Shown here in pieces: positions 30,531-40,400 of a stretch of DNA of 64,000 nt. The translations under genes were made by a program, and so were the position numbers. The notes under the pieces are model-generated. The model made no database searches. It was given only the letters and a program-made list of their open reading frames with translations, and was not told where the DNA came from. Position 1 is the stretch's first letter. Every line of letters starts with the position of its first letter. Where the stretch lies: NCBI GenBank assembly GCA_016180525.1, contig JACPBB010000003.1, forward strand, positions 38,395 through 102,394, given 5' to 3'. The DNA comes from Parcubacteria group bacterium (GTDB lineage: Bacteria; Patescibacteriota; Minisyncoccia; Phycocordibacterales; UBA2135).

Positions 30531-31343
30531 ATGGCTTTACCTATTGACTTAGTGCTCGTCCGACACGGTGAATCTGAAGGAAATGCTGCGAAACGGCTTT
30601 CTGAACAAGGAAGTCACGGTGCTATTGAAACATTACGAGAGCGACATACCAGCCGTTATCGCCTTACCAAAAAAGGACGAGGACAGGCACTAAAGGCCGG
30701 AGAATGGATTCGCAAAAATTTTTTTACTGGTGAACAATATGGTTTTGACCGCTGTTATGTCTCAGAGTATATTCGCGCCATGGAAACAGCCGCCCTGCTG
30801 CAGCTTCCATGCGTAAAGTGGTTTTGCGATTTTTACCTGTGCGAACGAGACTGGGGAGAGTTACACGCGCTTCCTGAAGAAGAACGTTGGGAAAAATTTG
30901 GCGACGCGCTTCGTATGAAACGACAAGAGCCGTTTTTCTGGATTCCTCCAAATGGTGAGTCATTCGCGAAATTGTGTCATCGAGTTGATAGGGTGTTAGA
31001 TACACTGCATCGCGAATGCAGTGACAAGAAAGTCATTATTGTCTGCCATGGCGAAGTAATGTGGGCGTTCCGCGTCCGACTTGAGAGGATGTCACAACAG
31101 CGCTTCAGAGAATTGAATCTTTCTGAACAAAAAAAAGACAAAATTTATAATTGTCAAATTTTTCATTACACGCGCAGAAATCCACATACAAATAAACTGA
31201 TGCCGCACGCCCACTGGATGCGTTCAGTCCGTCCAACAAAATCTCCTCTCTGGGATACCGAGTGGCAAGAAATCAGTCGCCCACGGTACACCAATGAAGA
31301 TTTGTTAGAGATTGTTCATTCTGTTTCTCCTACGGTACAGTAA
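30531..31343 (+). CDS. Histidine phosphatase superfamily protein (phosphoglycerate mutase-like)
   Basis: Catalytic 'LVLVRHGESEGN' (R-H-G-E) at the N-terminus; 270 aa. Confidence 0.7.
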   Translation: MALPIDLVLVRHGESEGNAAKRLSEQGSHGAIETLRERHTSRYRLTKKGRGQALKAGEWIRKNFFTGEQYGFDRCYVSEYIRAMETAALLQLPCVKWFCDFYLCERDWGELHALPEEERWEKFGDALRMKRQEPFFWIPPNGESFAKLCHRVDRVLDTLHRECSDKKVIIVCHGEVMWAFRVRLERMSQQRFRELNLSEQKKDKIYNCQIFHYTRRNPHTNKLMPHAHWMRSVRPTKSPLWDTEWQEISRPRYTNEDLLEIVHSVSPTVQ

Positions 31344-31363
31344 TACATTATAAAAGGATAGTA

Positions 31364-31396
31364 AAACCGTCACCTGTGACGGTTTTTATATTTTAG
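31364..31396. terminator. Bidirectional rho-independent terminator between convergent genes
   Basis: aaaccgtcac-ctg-tgacggttt flanked by A/T runs on both sides. Confidence 0.5.
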
Positions 31397-31863
31397 ATAT
31401 TAAAATCTATAACGCTTATGCCAAGACGCCCTGCCTGCTCCCGCTCCCAGCGAGCGCCAACGGAGGACTGCCAATCTGGAAGAAAATAGAGCGCTTCAAT
31501 AACTTTTGTTTCAAAAATAGGCAGATAAAATTGTTCCAAAATTCCCATCGCGTAGTCAACATTTGGCTCCTCAATACCTTTGATTTTCTGTATTGATGGC
31601 TCAAACGGTATTTGATTAAAGACGTGTCTCCCCTCTCTTTTGAGTAACGAAACAGCGCGAGCAAAGCGTTTTAAATTTTCTTCAAGTGAACCCGCTCCTC
31701 CCGTTGAGATAGGTCCCGAGACTTGTACAATCGGCCGCGGCATTCGTCCAATAACTGTGAACGCCACAGTACGCAACTCTTTGTACGACGAGGCGTTTGT
31801 AACCATTTCTACTTCTTTATGTGTCCAATATTCTGGAATCATAATGTTAGAATTTAAATCCAT
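31393..31863 (-). CDS. Hypothetical protein (possible nucleoside 2-deoxyribosyltransferase-like / DUF4406-like fold)
   Basis: 'QVSGPISTGGAG' is reminiscent of the DUF4406/deoxyribosyltransferase-like family; this is weak. Confidence 0.3.
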   Translation of the reverse strand: MDLNSNIMIPEYWTHKEVEMVTNASSYKELRTVAFTVIGRMPRPIVQVSGPISTGGAGSLEENLKRFARAVSLLKREGRHVFNQIPFEPSIQKIKGIEEPNVDYAMGILEQFYLPIFETKVIEALYFLPDWQSSVGARWEREQAGRLGISVIDFNI

Positions 31864-32465
31864 TTTTGAGCAGTTAAAAAATCTTTTACTTGAGTAAAAA
31901 TTTTCTCGTGTCCTCTGGCATTTGGATGCAATCCATCATCAAAATCATCATTATTGAGAGGCGCGATATGAAGAAAATGTACTTTTTCGTCCTCACATAC
32001 TTCTTTCATAATATTGTTATATTTCTTCAAGTTTTCATTTGTATAATAAATTGGAATCCACGGAACGGGAGTTGTTTTTGATTCATCACAGTTTTTCAAG
32101 TCTAAAAATAAAATATTATCTGTTATCTTGCGAGCCCTCCGTATAATTCCCTCTATGTTGCTTTTGAATTTTTCTGGAGAAACCATAAGAGTTTCTGGAT
32201 GTCCTTCATGATATGAGGCGTCGTTGCCTCCTGTCTGGAAAATAAGCACATCCGCCTTGCGTATTTTTGCTTCTGCCTCAAACCGCTCAAGAATTGTCTT
32301 TGACGTTCCGCCCGAAATACTTAAATTATAAATCTCCACATAATTTTCCTCACTTCGTTTTGCCACATGAAACCACAGGCGACTCACCCACCCGCCCCTC
32401 TCCATATCCCACGCCCCCCACGCGGTACTGTCTCCAAATATACAGATTGATTCTATTCTGGACAT
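31854..32465 (-). CDS. SGNH/GDSL-family hydrolase
   Basis: Block I 'ICIFGDSTAWG' (G-D-S), block III 'GGNDAS', block V 'DGLHPNARGH' (D-x-x-H). Confidence 0.75.
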   Translation of the reverse strand: MSRIESICIFGDSTAWGAWDMERGGWVSRLWFHVAKRSEENYVEIYNLSISGGTSKTILERFEAEAKIRKADVLIFQTGGNDASYHEGHPETLMVSPEKFKSNIEGIIRRARKITDNILFLDLKNCDESKTTPVPWIPIYYTNENLKKYNNIMKEVCEDEKVHFLHIAPLNNDDFDDGLHPNARGHEKIFTQVKDFLTAQKWI

Positions 32466-32561
32466 ATGTTCATTTTATCAAATTTACTCAATACATTCTT
32501 GTGGCACTTGACCACAAGGCGTAACGTTGATAGTGTGTAGAAAGATATGAGGTAGGAATAA

Positions 32562-33026
32562 ATGATGAAACGAACAAGCGCTGTTTTTGCTATTCTTTTT
32601 GGCTTAGCTTTATCCGCGTGTGCGAATGGTGTGGTGAAAGACGTACCAGAATATGTAGACATTCCAAGTTTTATAAATGAGAATACGCTCGTATACACAG
32701 TGGCGTGTAATTCAGGTACAGAAAAATTGAGTCACTATTTCGTTGAACCTTTTAATCTCGCTGCTACAGTTACTCTCTACGGAGAAGTAGCGTATTATGC
32801 CTTTACCTATCCAGCAGATTCGCACCGCATACAATGGTTTAAGGTAGACGCTAACGGAAAATTAATAAAAATCTTTTTAGCAGAACGAATAACAGACTTT
32901 ATGACAAAAGCTCCCCACTTATTAGTATGGGAGAGACGCGGTAATAATACGTGGATAAATGGAGATAGAGTTGTGTATCAAAATAATTGCGTAGAGAAAG
33001 AAATTAGAAAAATTGAAAAAAAATAA
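32562..33026 (+). CDS. Putative lipoprotein, hypothetical
   Basis: Signal peptide with lipobox 'LALSAC'; 154 aa. Confidence 0.4.
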   Translation: MMKRTSAVFAILFGLALSACANGVVKDVPEYVDIPSFINENTLVYTVACNSGTEKLSHYFVEPFNLAATVTLYGEVAYYAFTYPADSHRIQWFKVDANGKLIKIFLAERITDFMTKAPHLLVWERRGNNTWINGDRVVYQNNCVEKEIRKIEKK

Positions 33027-33067
33027 TTGTTTCAATTCCGGATTTTCCGGAATTTTTATTTTTAAAA

Positions 33068-33682
33068 TCAAGGAAGATTTTTGATATCCTCAACAAGCTC
33101 TAGAAATGATTCTTGCATAAAATGTCCACGTTTTTCAAAATCTATTACTGTTGCTCGCGGAAGTTGTGCGGCATATTTTTTACAGTCAGAGAATGAGACT
33201 ACGGTATCGTCTTTACTATGATAGATAAAAACTTTTCCTGCCTGTTTTTCAAACAATGCAAGAGATTCCGGTAATTCAAAATCCGCAAGAGAATATGCCG
33301 AGTCCTTATCGTCATATGGTGCTGCGACAAGAAATGTCGCGGCAATTTTTACGGGAAACGCATGAATAGCAAGATATTTTACAAGAAAAATTCCTCCAAG
33401 CGAATGCCCAACTAAAATTATATCGTTACGCACATGGGGCAATAATTTTTGAAACCAAATTTCCCACTCTTTATATTTGGCATTATATTTTGACGGCATA
33501 GATGGAGTAAAAACTTCAAAATCATCCCCGAGCTCTTTAGCAAAGGAATCTTTCCACCGCTTTTCAGGTTCTTTTGTGGGATCATATTCCGAGTACTTTA
33601 AATACTCAATGTATTCTTCGTGGGTATTAAATGTCTCCCCGCCGTGTATAAATATGACCTGTTTTTTTATGTGTGCAGGCAT
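33068..33682 (-). CDS. Alpha/beta hydrolase of the YdeN/RBBP9 serine-hydrolase family
   Basis: 'VIFIHGGETFNT...' N-terminal block and nucleophile elbow 'LVGHSLGGIF' (G-H-S-x-G); 204 aa. Confidence 0.65.
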   Translation of the reverse strand: MPAHIKKQVIFIHGGETFNTHEEYIEYLKYSEYDPTKEPEKRWKDSFAKELGDDFEVFTPSMPSKYNAKYKEWEIWFQKLLPHVRNDIILVGHSLGGIFLVKYLAIHAFPVKIAATFLVAAPYDDKDSAYSLADFELPESLALFEKQAGKVFIYHSKDDTVVSFSDCKKYAAQLPRATVIDFEKRGHFMQESFLELVEDIKNLP

Positions 33683-33785
33683 TATAAAAAATATTTACCA
33701 TGTACTTGGTATTTTACTGCGCGGGCAATGACGACGAAAGATAAAAAAGCTTTGTCATATGGACTTTATTATGACAAAGATTTCT

Positions 33786-34103
33786 TTAGGATACAATGCG
33801 TGAGTTGAGAATAAAAAGAGCGAAAAAGAGAAGCACAGTAATTACCGCAAACACAAGTATGGTTGAAAGGAAAAAATGAACAGCTTCTTTCTTTTTCCCG
33901 TCAAGATACAACTGCATCGGTTCAAAAACAAAGAGATAGCCCATAACAGCGGCGGAAAGTACAAAGAGCGAGAGCATTGCCATGGGAATAAGTATCGTCT
34001 CCTCAGTCTCACCAAATAGTTGTTTTCCGTACTGCATTACAGAAACGATTCCAATAATGTAAAGTTCCGCAAGCAGAGCGTGTAAAAAAGATTTTTTTGT
34101 CAT
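33786..34103 (-). CDS. Small membrane protein, hypothetical
   Basis: 105 aa, 3 TM helices. Confidence 0.3.
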   Translation of the reverse strand: MTKKSFLHALLAELYIIGIVSVMQYGKQLFGETEETILIPMAMLSLFVLSAAVMGYLFVFEPMQLYLDGKKKEAVHFFLSTILVFAVITVLLFFALFILNSRIVS

Positions 34104-34152
34104 AGTACCGTATATAACTTCGTAAAAAAGATAAAAGTGTGATGCGTGAGTT

Positions 34153-34812
34153 TTAGATTAGCCGCACAGTAATAAATCTTTTTTTCCATGCTTGTTTAAA
34201 ATCATTTACCGAAACGCTCTCACCTCCGCGACCGCTTGAAGGGTCATTATAATACACCCTATCTCCATCTATGCCGTTTACGACAATAAGGTGCGGTATC
34301 GGGTTGCCAGGTTCAATTTTGTAATACACAGATGCGATAACTGGTCCCTCGCTCAAACTTGCTTCAAGTTTTAGAAACGCAGCATCTATATTCAAAAGCG
34401 AAAAATCGTACGCTCCACCCGAGAGTCCATATTTTTCTGCAAGCAACACAAGTCCTCCATGCGACCATCCCGCGCCATTAATATATGCACCGGAGGCAAT
34501 ACCTTCTTGGAGCAGTGTGTCAACTGAAACACCACCTGGTTTATAAAACTCAATAAGCATCGCTAAATCTGCTATACCACATCCAAGTTTTTGCCACTCC
34601 GGAGCACTGATATCATGAAACTGCGAATAAAAAGGAACATTGGGAATGTTCTTGGGGATTCCTAATACGGCTTCTTTTTCAAGGGCTTGCATAGGTGTAA
34701 AAACAGCCGCTGGAGCGATCATTTGAAGGTCTTTGATCTCAGCCCCCGAAACGTTAAAAATAGCCCCAGAAGCGCTTAAAATAAGGCCTAAAAGCAGTGT
34801 AATGTATGTCAT
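34153..34812 (-). CDS. Secreted papain-like cysteine peptidase, C39-like domain
   Basis: Signal peptide; 'QKLGCGIADLAMLIEFY' carries the C39-like catalytic Cys context, with His/Asp later in 'WSHGGLVLLAEKYG...HLIVVNGIDGD'. Confidence 0.5.
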   Translation of the reverse strand: MTYITLLLGLILSASGAIFNVSGAEIKDLQMIAPAAVFTPMQALEKEAVLGIPKNIPNVPFYSQFHDISAPEWQKLGCGIADLAMLIEFYKPGGVSVDTLLQEGIASGAYINGAGWSHGGLVLLAEKYGLSGGAYDFSLLNIDAAFLKLEASLSEGPVIASVYYKIEPGNPIPHLIVVNGIDGDRVYYNDPSSGRGGESVSVNDFKQAWKKRFITVRLI

Positions 34813-34855
34813 GAACCAGTAGAATGTACACTAATAAGGCTCATTTCGCAAGAAT

Positions 34856-35755
34856 CTAATTTTGAACAACAACCAACGTTCCAACATCAGCCCATTTGTA
34901 TAATTTTTCGGCTTGCGCGGGGGGCAGGTTGACGCAGCCATTTGAAGAAGGTTTGCCAAAATTTTCATGCCAATATGTTCCGTGAATGACGGCGCCTTGA
35001 CTGGTAAAATACAAATTCCATGGAACGCCGGGTAAATCATAAAATTTTTCAGTAATACTCGGTATCGGCCCTTGCATGTAACGGCTCGGGGTCTTTTTAA
35101 AAATAGTAAACGTGCCTTTCGGAGTAGGCGTCAACTCAAGACCTGTGGAAATTTTCTCTTGCATAAATAATTCATCTCCATCATACGCAGAGAGCATCTG
35201 GAGAGAACGGTCAACGACAATCCGTTTGTTTGAGCCGCCCACTATTCTCTCTATCAATTTGCGCTCTCCTTCGTCATAGAGTATGCGCACATAATCCGCG
35301 GCAACATAAAAATCTCCCTTGACCCTTTCCGGGTACCGAAGCCATTCATCAAAAACAATTTTGTACCACGTGAATCCCTCTCGCTCTACCTTTCCACCAA
35401 CTTTAAGCACCACGCCTTTTCGTAATTTTGTAATTGCGGGAAACTCTGCTCCAGGGCCAGAGCGCGCGTTAAGACACTCTCCGACAAAATTTGGTCCGCA
35501 GCTATCGGTTACCTCTACATATTCAAAAAGCACCTTTTGTATAGGAAGAATGGAGTTCGTGAGCTCTTCTCCCTTTGGTGTTACGATCACCGCTTCCTCT
35601 GATTTAAGATATTCGCCGACAACAGAAACTTTCTCCTTTTTTTGCTGAAATGGCCCAATATCAAAGAGCGCGAGCGCAAGCACGGCTAAAAGTAAAAGGA
35701 GTGCTTTCCAAAAATTTCCCACCACTCGTTCATGATGTTCAATCGGTATGTGCAT
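34856..35755 (-). CDS. L,D-transpeptidase (YkuD family) with N-terminal anchor
   Basis: Catalytic block 'AVIHGTYWHENFGKPSSNGCVNLPPAQAEKLYKW' (H-G...S-x-G-C). Confidence 0.75.
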   Translation of the reverse strand: MHIPIEHHERVVGNFWKALLLLLAVLALALFDIGPFQQKKEKVSVVGEYLKSEEAVIVTPKGEELTNSILPIQKVLFEYVEVTDSCGPNFVGECLNARSGPGAEFPAITKLRKGVVLKVGGKVEREGFTWYKIVFDEWLRYPERVKGDFYVAADYVRILYDEGERKLIERIVGGSNKRIVVDRSLQMLSAYDGDELFMQEKISTGLELTPTPKGTFTIFKKTPSRYMQGPIPSITEKFYDLPGVPWNLYFTSQGAVIHGTYWHENFGKPSSNGCVNLPPAQAEKLYKWADVGTLVVVQN

Positions 35756-35815
35756 GTATATTTAAGTATACCGCGCTTTTTTAAAAATCATTGCTTAAAC
35801 AATACTTAATAGTGA

Positions 35816-37084
35816 TTATCTGCGGGCTCTTTTAGTACGATATCCCCCAAATCTGCGGGGTTTAAAGCGTCCTCCGCCTCCTCTAGAGTGGTGCGAAAAA
35901 CGAGAGGGCGAGAGTCGAAATTCACGTGGTTCATATTGCAGAGTAACTTGCGGAAGTTCCGCGGGAAGTTGTGAAACAGAGAGCCGTTTTCCCGTGAGCC
36001 GCTCTATCGCACGGATTTCCCGCTCATCTCCCGGCATCGCGAATGTGATGGCCCTTCCTCCTGCTCCCGCGCGCGCGGTACGGCCTATGCGGTGCACGTA
36101 GTCATGGGATGTAGACGGCAAATCATAATTTATAACCGTTTCAATGCCAACGACATCAATACCGCGAGAAGCAATATCTGTTGCGATAAGAACGCGATAC
36201 TTCCCCGACTTAAAACCCTGAAGCGCCTCCCGTCGTTGACCGAGAGACCTGTTTGAATGAATTTCCGCGGCAAGAACCCCCAAGGTGCGAAGATGCCGAG
36301 TTACTTTTTTTGCACCGTGTTTTGTTCTTGTAAAAACAAGTGTTGACCCATGGTAGTCTTCCAATAATTTAGCAAGAAGGCGTATTTTCTGTTCTTTTCC
36401 CACAATAAAAAGTTCTTGAATAATATTTTCCGCAGTCGTCCCCGGCCGCGCAATCTCCACCCGAACAGGTAATTTCATATAGGCAGACGCTAGCTTCATA
36501 ATTTCAGGCGGCATAGTCGCGGAGAAAAGCATCGTCTGCCGTTCTTTTGGAATTGTTTCAAAAATTTTCCGAATCTGCGGCAGAAATCCCATGTCAAGCA
36601 TGCGGTCTGCTTCGTCAAGCACAACTATTTTAACCGTATTGAGCCGCACATTCTTTTGATTGAGGTGGTCAATAAGACGCCCGGGTGTCGCGATAATAAT
36701 ATGCGGATTTTTGGAGAGCGCGCGCACCTGCGCGCCGATGGAAAGCCCACCGATTAAAACCGCCGTTCGGAGCTGAAGACCTCTTCCGATATGTCCAAGC
36801 ATTTCATCAACCTGGAGTGCCAACTCTCTCGTAGGAAGCACCACAAGTCCTTGACCTTTTACCTGCGCAAGCCGTTGAATCATTGGCAGACCGAAGGCAA
36901 GTGTTTTACCTGTTCCTGTTTGCGCGATGCCCGCAATATCTTTCCCTGTAATAGCCACAGGAATTGCCTGCGCCTGTATGGGAGTAGGCGTTTTAAATTG
37001 GAGAGACTCTACTATTTGAAGCAGTGCCGGAGCAAGGCCTAGGCCATGAAAGCCCGCCGCGCCTTCTTTGTTGGAATGAGGCAT
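35816..37084 (-). CDS. DEAD-box ATP-dependent RNA helicase
   Basis: Q-motif 'FKTPTPIQAQAIP', motif I 'AQTGTGKT', motif II 'DEAD', motif III 'SAT', motif VI 'HRIGRTARAG'; RGG-rich C-terminus. Confidence 0.9.
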   Translation of the reverse strand: MPHSNKEGAAGFHGLGLAPALLQIVESLQFKTPTPIQAQAIPVAITGKDIAGIAQTGTGKTLAFGLPMIQRLAQVKGQGLVVLPTRELALQVDEMLGHIGRGLQLRTAVLIGGLSIGAQVRALSKNPHIIIATPGRLIDHLNQKNVRLNTVKIVVLDEADRMLDMGFLPQIRKIFETIPKERQTMLFSATMPPEIMKLASAYMKLPVRVEIARPGTTAENIIQELFIVGKEQKIRLLAKLLEDYHGSTLVFTRTKHGAKKVTRHLRTLGVLAAEIHSNRSLGQRREALQGFKSGKYRVLIATDIASRGIDVVGIETVINYDLPSTSHDYVHRIGRTARAGAGGRAITFAMPGDEREIRAIERLTGKRLSVSQLPAELPQVTLQYEPREFRLSPSRFSHHSRGGGGRFKPRRFGGYRTKRARR

Positions 37085-37171
37085 ATTTTAGTCCTTTGAG
37101 TATAGTACACTTGTGCCGCAAAAGCAAAGAAAAAAACCGCCCGACGTATATCGAAACGGTTGTTGTTTACA

Positions 37172-38161
37172 TTACGCGTGAGTAAGTTTCTGAAGATTCC
37201 GCTCGGCTTCCGCTTTCTTTTCCTCTGCCTTTTGAATTGCAACAAGCCGTGCTCGTTCTTTTGTTCGTACCTTGTGCTCTACAAGCAAAAGAGCTTCTGG
37301 AGAGCCGATGAAACATGCTTCTTCTACGCTCTTAACGAGACGGTGTGCTGAAACGGGATGTTTGTAATCTTTAAGTTCATTTTGAAGCGCAAGTTCTTTC
37401 AATTTTTCTAAAGACTTTTTATCAAGCATGAAGATCCATTTTCGCAATGTATTCAGTTCTCCTAAAGCAGACAAAATTCCAATACTCCATGGTTTGGCAT
37501 ATCCAATAATTGCATCGTCTTCTTCTGATTCCCAGATAAAATGAATGAATTTGCGAAGGAATTGTATTACTTGCTTTTCTTGGTGTGACCTTCTCCCCTC
37601 TTCTTTCACTGGTAAATTTCGTATGACAATATGATCAAAATTTTTTTCCGTTCTAAAAAATTTCTGAACAGCAACAAAAAGATTCGGTGAGTCAGAGGGC
37701 TTGAGCCATTCGTTCCACTTTTCTTCAAAATGTTCATACCACGGGCCCTGCTCATCTAGTTTAAAGAAGTGATCAACGAGCTCGTAAAACGCCTTACGCG
37801 CAACAAACTGACGCAACTCATGCTCTCCAATGGAGTTACGATTGGAACGATTTCCGTGAACATTATAATATTTTAATTCATCAAGACTTTTCCCTTGGGG
37901 GCGAAACAAGAAAGCATCTTCCCAGCCATCAGCAATTGTCAAATAAAATTGAATTCTATCGTGAGAGGAATATTCAGGCTCGCTGTAGTCACATTTATGT
38001 AAAGGAACATCAAATCCCACATGAAGAAGTCCGAGCATTTCATCAAATACATTCGTGGTATTCCAGCGCTGCAACCATTCATGCCAATTCATAATTGGTC
38101 GAATTTCTCGAAAAATAAGAGGTGTAAGTGACTCTATGACGATCTTTGTCGTGGTGGTCAT
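37172..38161 (-). CDS. Hypothetical protein
   Basis: 329 aa, Trp/Glu-rich, C-terminal coiled-coil; no motif. Confidence 0.35.
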   Translation of the reverse strand: MTTTTKIVIESLTPLIFREIRPIMNWHEWLQRWNTTNVFDEMLGLLHVGFDVPLHKCDYSEPEYSSHDRIQFYLTIADGWEDAFLFRPQGKSLDELKYYNVHGNRSNRNSIGEHELRQFVARKAFYELVDHFFKLDEQGPWYEHFEEKWNEWLKPSDSPNLFVAVQKFFRTEKNFDHIVIRNLPVKEEGRRSHQEKQVIQFLRKFIHFIWESEEDDAIIGYAKPWSIGILSALGELNTLRKWIFMLDKKSLEKLKELALQNELKDYKHPVSAHRLVKSVEEACFIGSPEALLLVEHKVRTKERARLVAIQKAEEKKAEAERNLQKLTHA

Positions 38162-38262
38162 GCGGTAGCCTCCGTCTTTGGGTTATGCCCTGTACTGTGA
38201 CAGGACTGGGGTACTCCCACAATCACCTTACTTTATCTGTTTCTCATAAGTCAAGTATTTTT

Positions 38263-38607
38263 CTATTGCTTAAATTCAAATCCAAATATGCCGAACTTTT
38301 GTATTTTTTCAGTGTATCCTGGATATGACACGTACATTTTTTTCATTTCTTCCACAGATTCTACATGAGGCATTATTTTTTTAAATGGAATTTCTTTTAC
38401 CATCGCCTCTATGCTCGGCCAATGATATTTTTTGTTCACTATTTTTGAAAACGAATCCTCCCCGCATACAAACTTTATTCTATCCCCTATGGCAATCGAC
38501 TGATACTTAACCGTTGCCGCCCTCGTTTCTATTTCTTTAGCCCCGCTTTTAAGTTCCTCAAAGCGTGCTTTATCAACTTTTCTAAATCTAAAAATCAATA
38601 TTGTCAT
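38263..38607 (-). CDS. ASCH (PUA-like) domain protein
   Basis: 'LKSGAKEIETRAAT' fits the ASCH G-x-K-x-x-E-x-R core; about 114 aa, the typical size. Confidence 0.5.
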   Translation of the reverse strand: MTILIFRFRKVDKARFEELKSGAKEIETRAATVKYQSIAIGDRIKFVCGEDSFSKIVNKKYHWPSIEAMVKEIPFKKIMPHVESVEEMKKMYVSYPGYTEKIQKFGIFGFEFKQ

Positions 38608-38619
38608 TATTTCAGTATA

Positions 38620-38650
38620 ACAAAACCGCCAATGTATTGGCGGTTATTTC
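38620..38650 (-). terminator. Rho-independent terminator downstream of ltaE
   Basis: Perfect 10-bp stem aaccgccaat-gt-attggcggtt followed on the minus strand by ttttgtta. Confidence 0.55.
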
Positions 38651-38669
38651 ACTATTTAACAGCAGATTT

Positions 38670-39686
38670 TTAATATTTTTTAATATCTTCTATGAGCGCG
38701 GTCACGTCATCTTCAGTCGTATCAAATGAGGCCATGAAACGGCACAAGCCCTTACTGTCCCAATCATAGAAAAACCATTTTCCATGCAACGCACGTAGCT
38801 TATATTCGCCAAAACGAACAAAAACAGAATTCGCCTCTACCGGATATTCGGGAACATATCCAGTCTCTTCGCGCAACGTGCGAGCAAGAAGCGCAGCCAT
38901 TTCATTTGCATGAAGCGCGTTCTTTCTCCACAACTCATTGGAGAGCAGGGCATCAAACTGTGCCGCAATGAATCGTGTTTTTGAAACGGTCTGCATCCCC
39001 TGTTTCTGAATATATTTAAATTTTTCCGCGAGTTCATGTTCAAAAAATATCACCGATTCGGCAAGCATCGCACCATTTTTTGTTCCACCGAAAGAAAGTA
39101 CGTCAACGCCTGAATCTCTTGCAAGTGATAATTTTTCGTTTAAACTGACAACCGCGTTTGCAAAACGAGCCCCATCAATGTGGAAAAGCATTTTATGTTT
39201 GTGCGCGAAATCAGCAAGCGCGCATAATTCTTTACGAGTATAAACCGTTTCAAATTCAGTCGGTTGCGCGACAGAAATAACTTTTGGCTGCGGATGATGT
39301 TTGTCGCCAAAACCGCAGACATGCGGCTCAATGAGCGGAACAGTTAATTTTCCGTTTTCACCATCAATTTGAATCATGGTACAACCGGTAAACTTGCTCG
39401 GGGCACCGCATTCATCCACGTGTAAATGCGAGGTGCGCGCGCAGATAATAGAGTTCCATGATTGTGTACATGCTGATAGCGCAAGCACATTTGCGGCGGT
39501 TCCGGTAGTTACAAAAAAGGTTTCTGCAGTAAGACCAAAATTATCTTTAAACTTCCGCCACACAGACTCGGTATATGGGTCATCACCGTATGCTGGAGTA
39601 TGACCACAGTCTGCTTTTATAATCGCCTCTAAAACTGCAGGATGAATGCCGGAGTTATTATCGCTTCCGAATCCTCGCTCTTGCAT
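38670..39686 (-). CDS. ltaE: Low-specificity L-threonine aldolase (PLP-dependent, beta-eliminating lyase fold)
   Basis: N-terminus 'FGSDNNSGIHPAVLEAI' and the PLP-lysine region 'SFGGTKNGAM' match the threonine aldolase family; 338 aa. Confidence 0.75.
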   Translation of the reverse strand: MQERGFGSDNNSGIHPAVLEAIIKADCGHTPAYGDDPYTESVWRKFKDNFGLTAETFFVTTGTAANVLALSACTQSWNSIICARTSHLHVDECGAPSKFTGCTMIQIDGENGKLTVPLIEPHVCGFGDKHHPQPKVISVAQPTEFETVYTRKELCALADFAHKHKMLFHIDGARFANAVVSLNEKLSLARDSGVDVLSFGGTKNGAMLAESVIFFEHELAEKFKYIQKQGMQTVSKTRFIAAQFDALLSNELWRKNALHANEMAALLARTLREETGYVPEYPVEANSVFVRFGEYKLRALHGKWFFYDWDSKGLCRFMASFDTTEDDVTALIEDIKKY

Positions 39687-39774
39687 TTGTTATATTCCAC
39701 AATGACAATTCTATTAGCATTTCTAGCATACAGAAATAAGTTGTCAAAATTCTTTTTATATATATGATTTTCAT

Positions 39775-39839
39775 ATATTTCGTCTTCGCTCGGACGAAGT
39801 GAGCATACGTGCTCACTTCGCTCCTCGCTAGCCGAAATA
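39775..39839. repeat. Imperfect long hairpin element, copy 2 (reverse orientation) of the 10493..10560 family
   Basis: rc = tatttcggctagcgagga-[gcgaagtgagca cgta tgctcacttcgt]-ccgagcgaagacgaaata. The flanks are identical to copy 1 and the apical stem differs with compensating changes. Confidence 0.6.
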
Positions 39840-39842
39840 AAA

Positions 39843-39880
39843 CAACCCCTCACTCTTTTAGAGCAAGGGGTTATTTTACA
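39843..39880 (-). terminator. Rho-independent terminator candidate downstream of the small ORF 39898..40104
   Basis: aacccct-TGCTCTAAAAGAGTGA-ggggtt followed on the minus strand by gttttatttcgg. Confidence 0.4.
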
Positions 39881-39897
39881 TAAAAATGTTCTTGAGT

Positions 39898-40104
39898 TTA
39901 TTCTGCCACTGCTTCATCTGCCGCTCCGTTATCCATCGCTCCATCATCCGCTGCCATTCCTGCATCTCCCGCTACTGCCGCTCCCTGCTCTACGGTTGCA
40001 TCAGCCGGAACGACATCTGCCGTGCCGTTTCCTTTCAAGAAATACCATCCTCCCGCAATAACAACCACCGCGACGACAACCCAGATAAGTATTTTGTTGT
40101 CCAT
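39898..40104 (-). CDS. Small membrane-anchored protein with Ala/Asp-rich tail, hypothetical
   Basis: 68 aa, N-terminal TM then a low-complexity acidic tail; there is an inverse-strand ORF artefact opposite. Confidence 0.3.
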   Translation of the reverse strand: MDNKILIWVVVAVVVIAGGWYFLKGNGTADVVPADATVEQGAAVAGDAGMAADDGAMDNGAADEAVAE

Positions 40105-40207
40105 ACAAATGCGTTAAAATTAACTATTAATAAGTTTGAAAAAAGTATACACGACCCTTAACAATTTGCAACTCTTTTCAGAAAGATTTTCCTAAAAGCA
40201 TTTTACA

Positions 40208-40393
40208 CTATTTTACTGGAATAACAAAAATGGCGATAAGATACGCGACTAATCCTGGCACAAGACCCGTGAATATAACAATAAGAAGCCAAATAACCCT
40301 CAAAATGACTGGGTCAACGGCTAAATATTCACCGAGACCACCACAAATACCCGCGAACACCTTATTTGTTCTGCTTCTGTACAAATGTTTCAT
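40208..40393 (-). CDS. PspC-domain protein (phage-shock protein C family)
   Basis: 'LYRSRTNKVFAGICGGLGEYLAVDPVILRVIWLL' is the PspC domain signature. The start is taken at the internal MKHLYRS, since the longer ORF overlaps the upstream gene. Confidence 0.6.
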   Translation of the reverse strand: MKHLYRSRTNKVFAGICGGLGEYLAVDPVILRVIWLLIVIFTGLVPGLVAYLIAIFVIPVK

Positions 40394-40400
40394 GGATTTT

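Noticed and set aside
37085-37171. Possible terminator between the DEAD-box helicase and the downstream hypothetical gene
   Set aside because: There is a T-run (tttttttcttt on the minus strand), but the preceding stem (aaccg/cggtt with an irregular interior) is too weak to call confidently.
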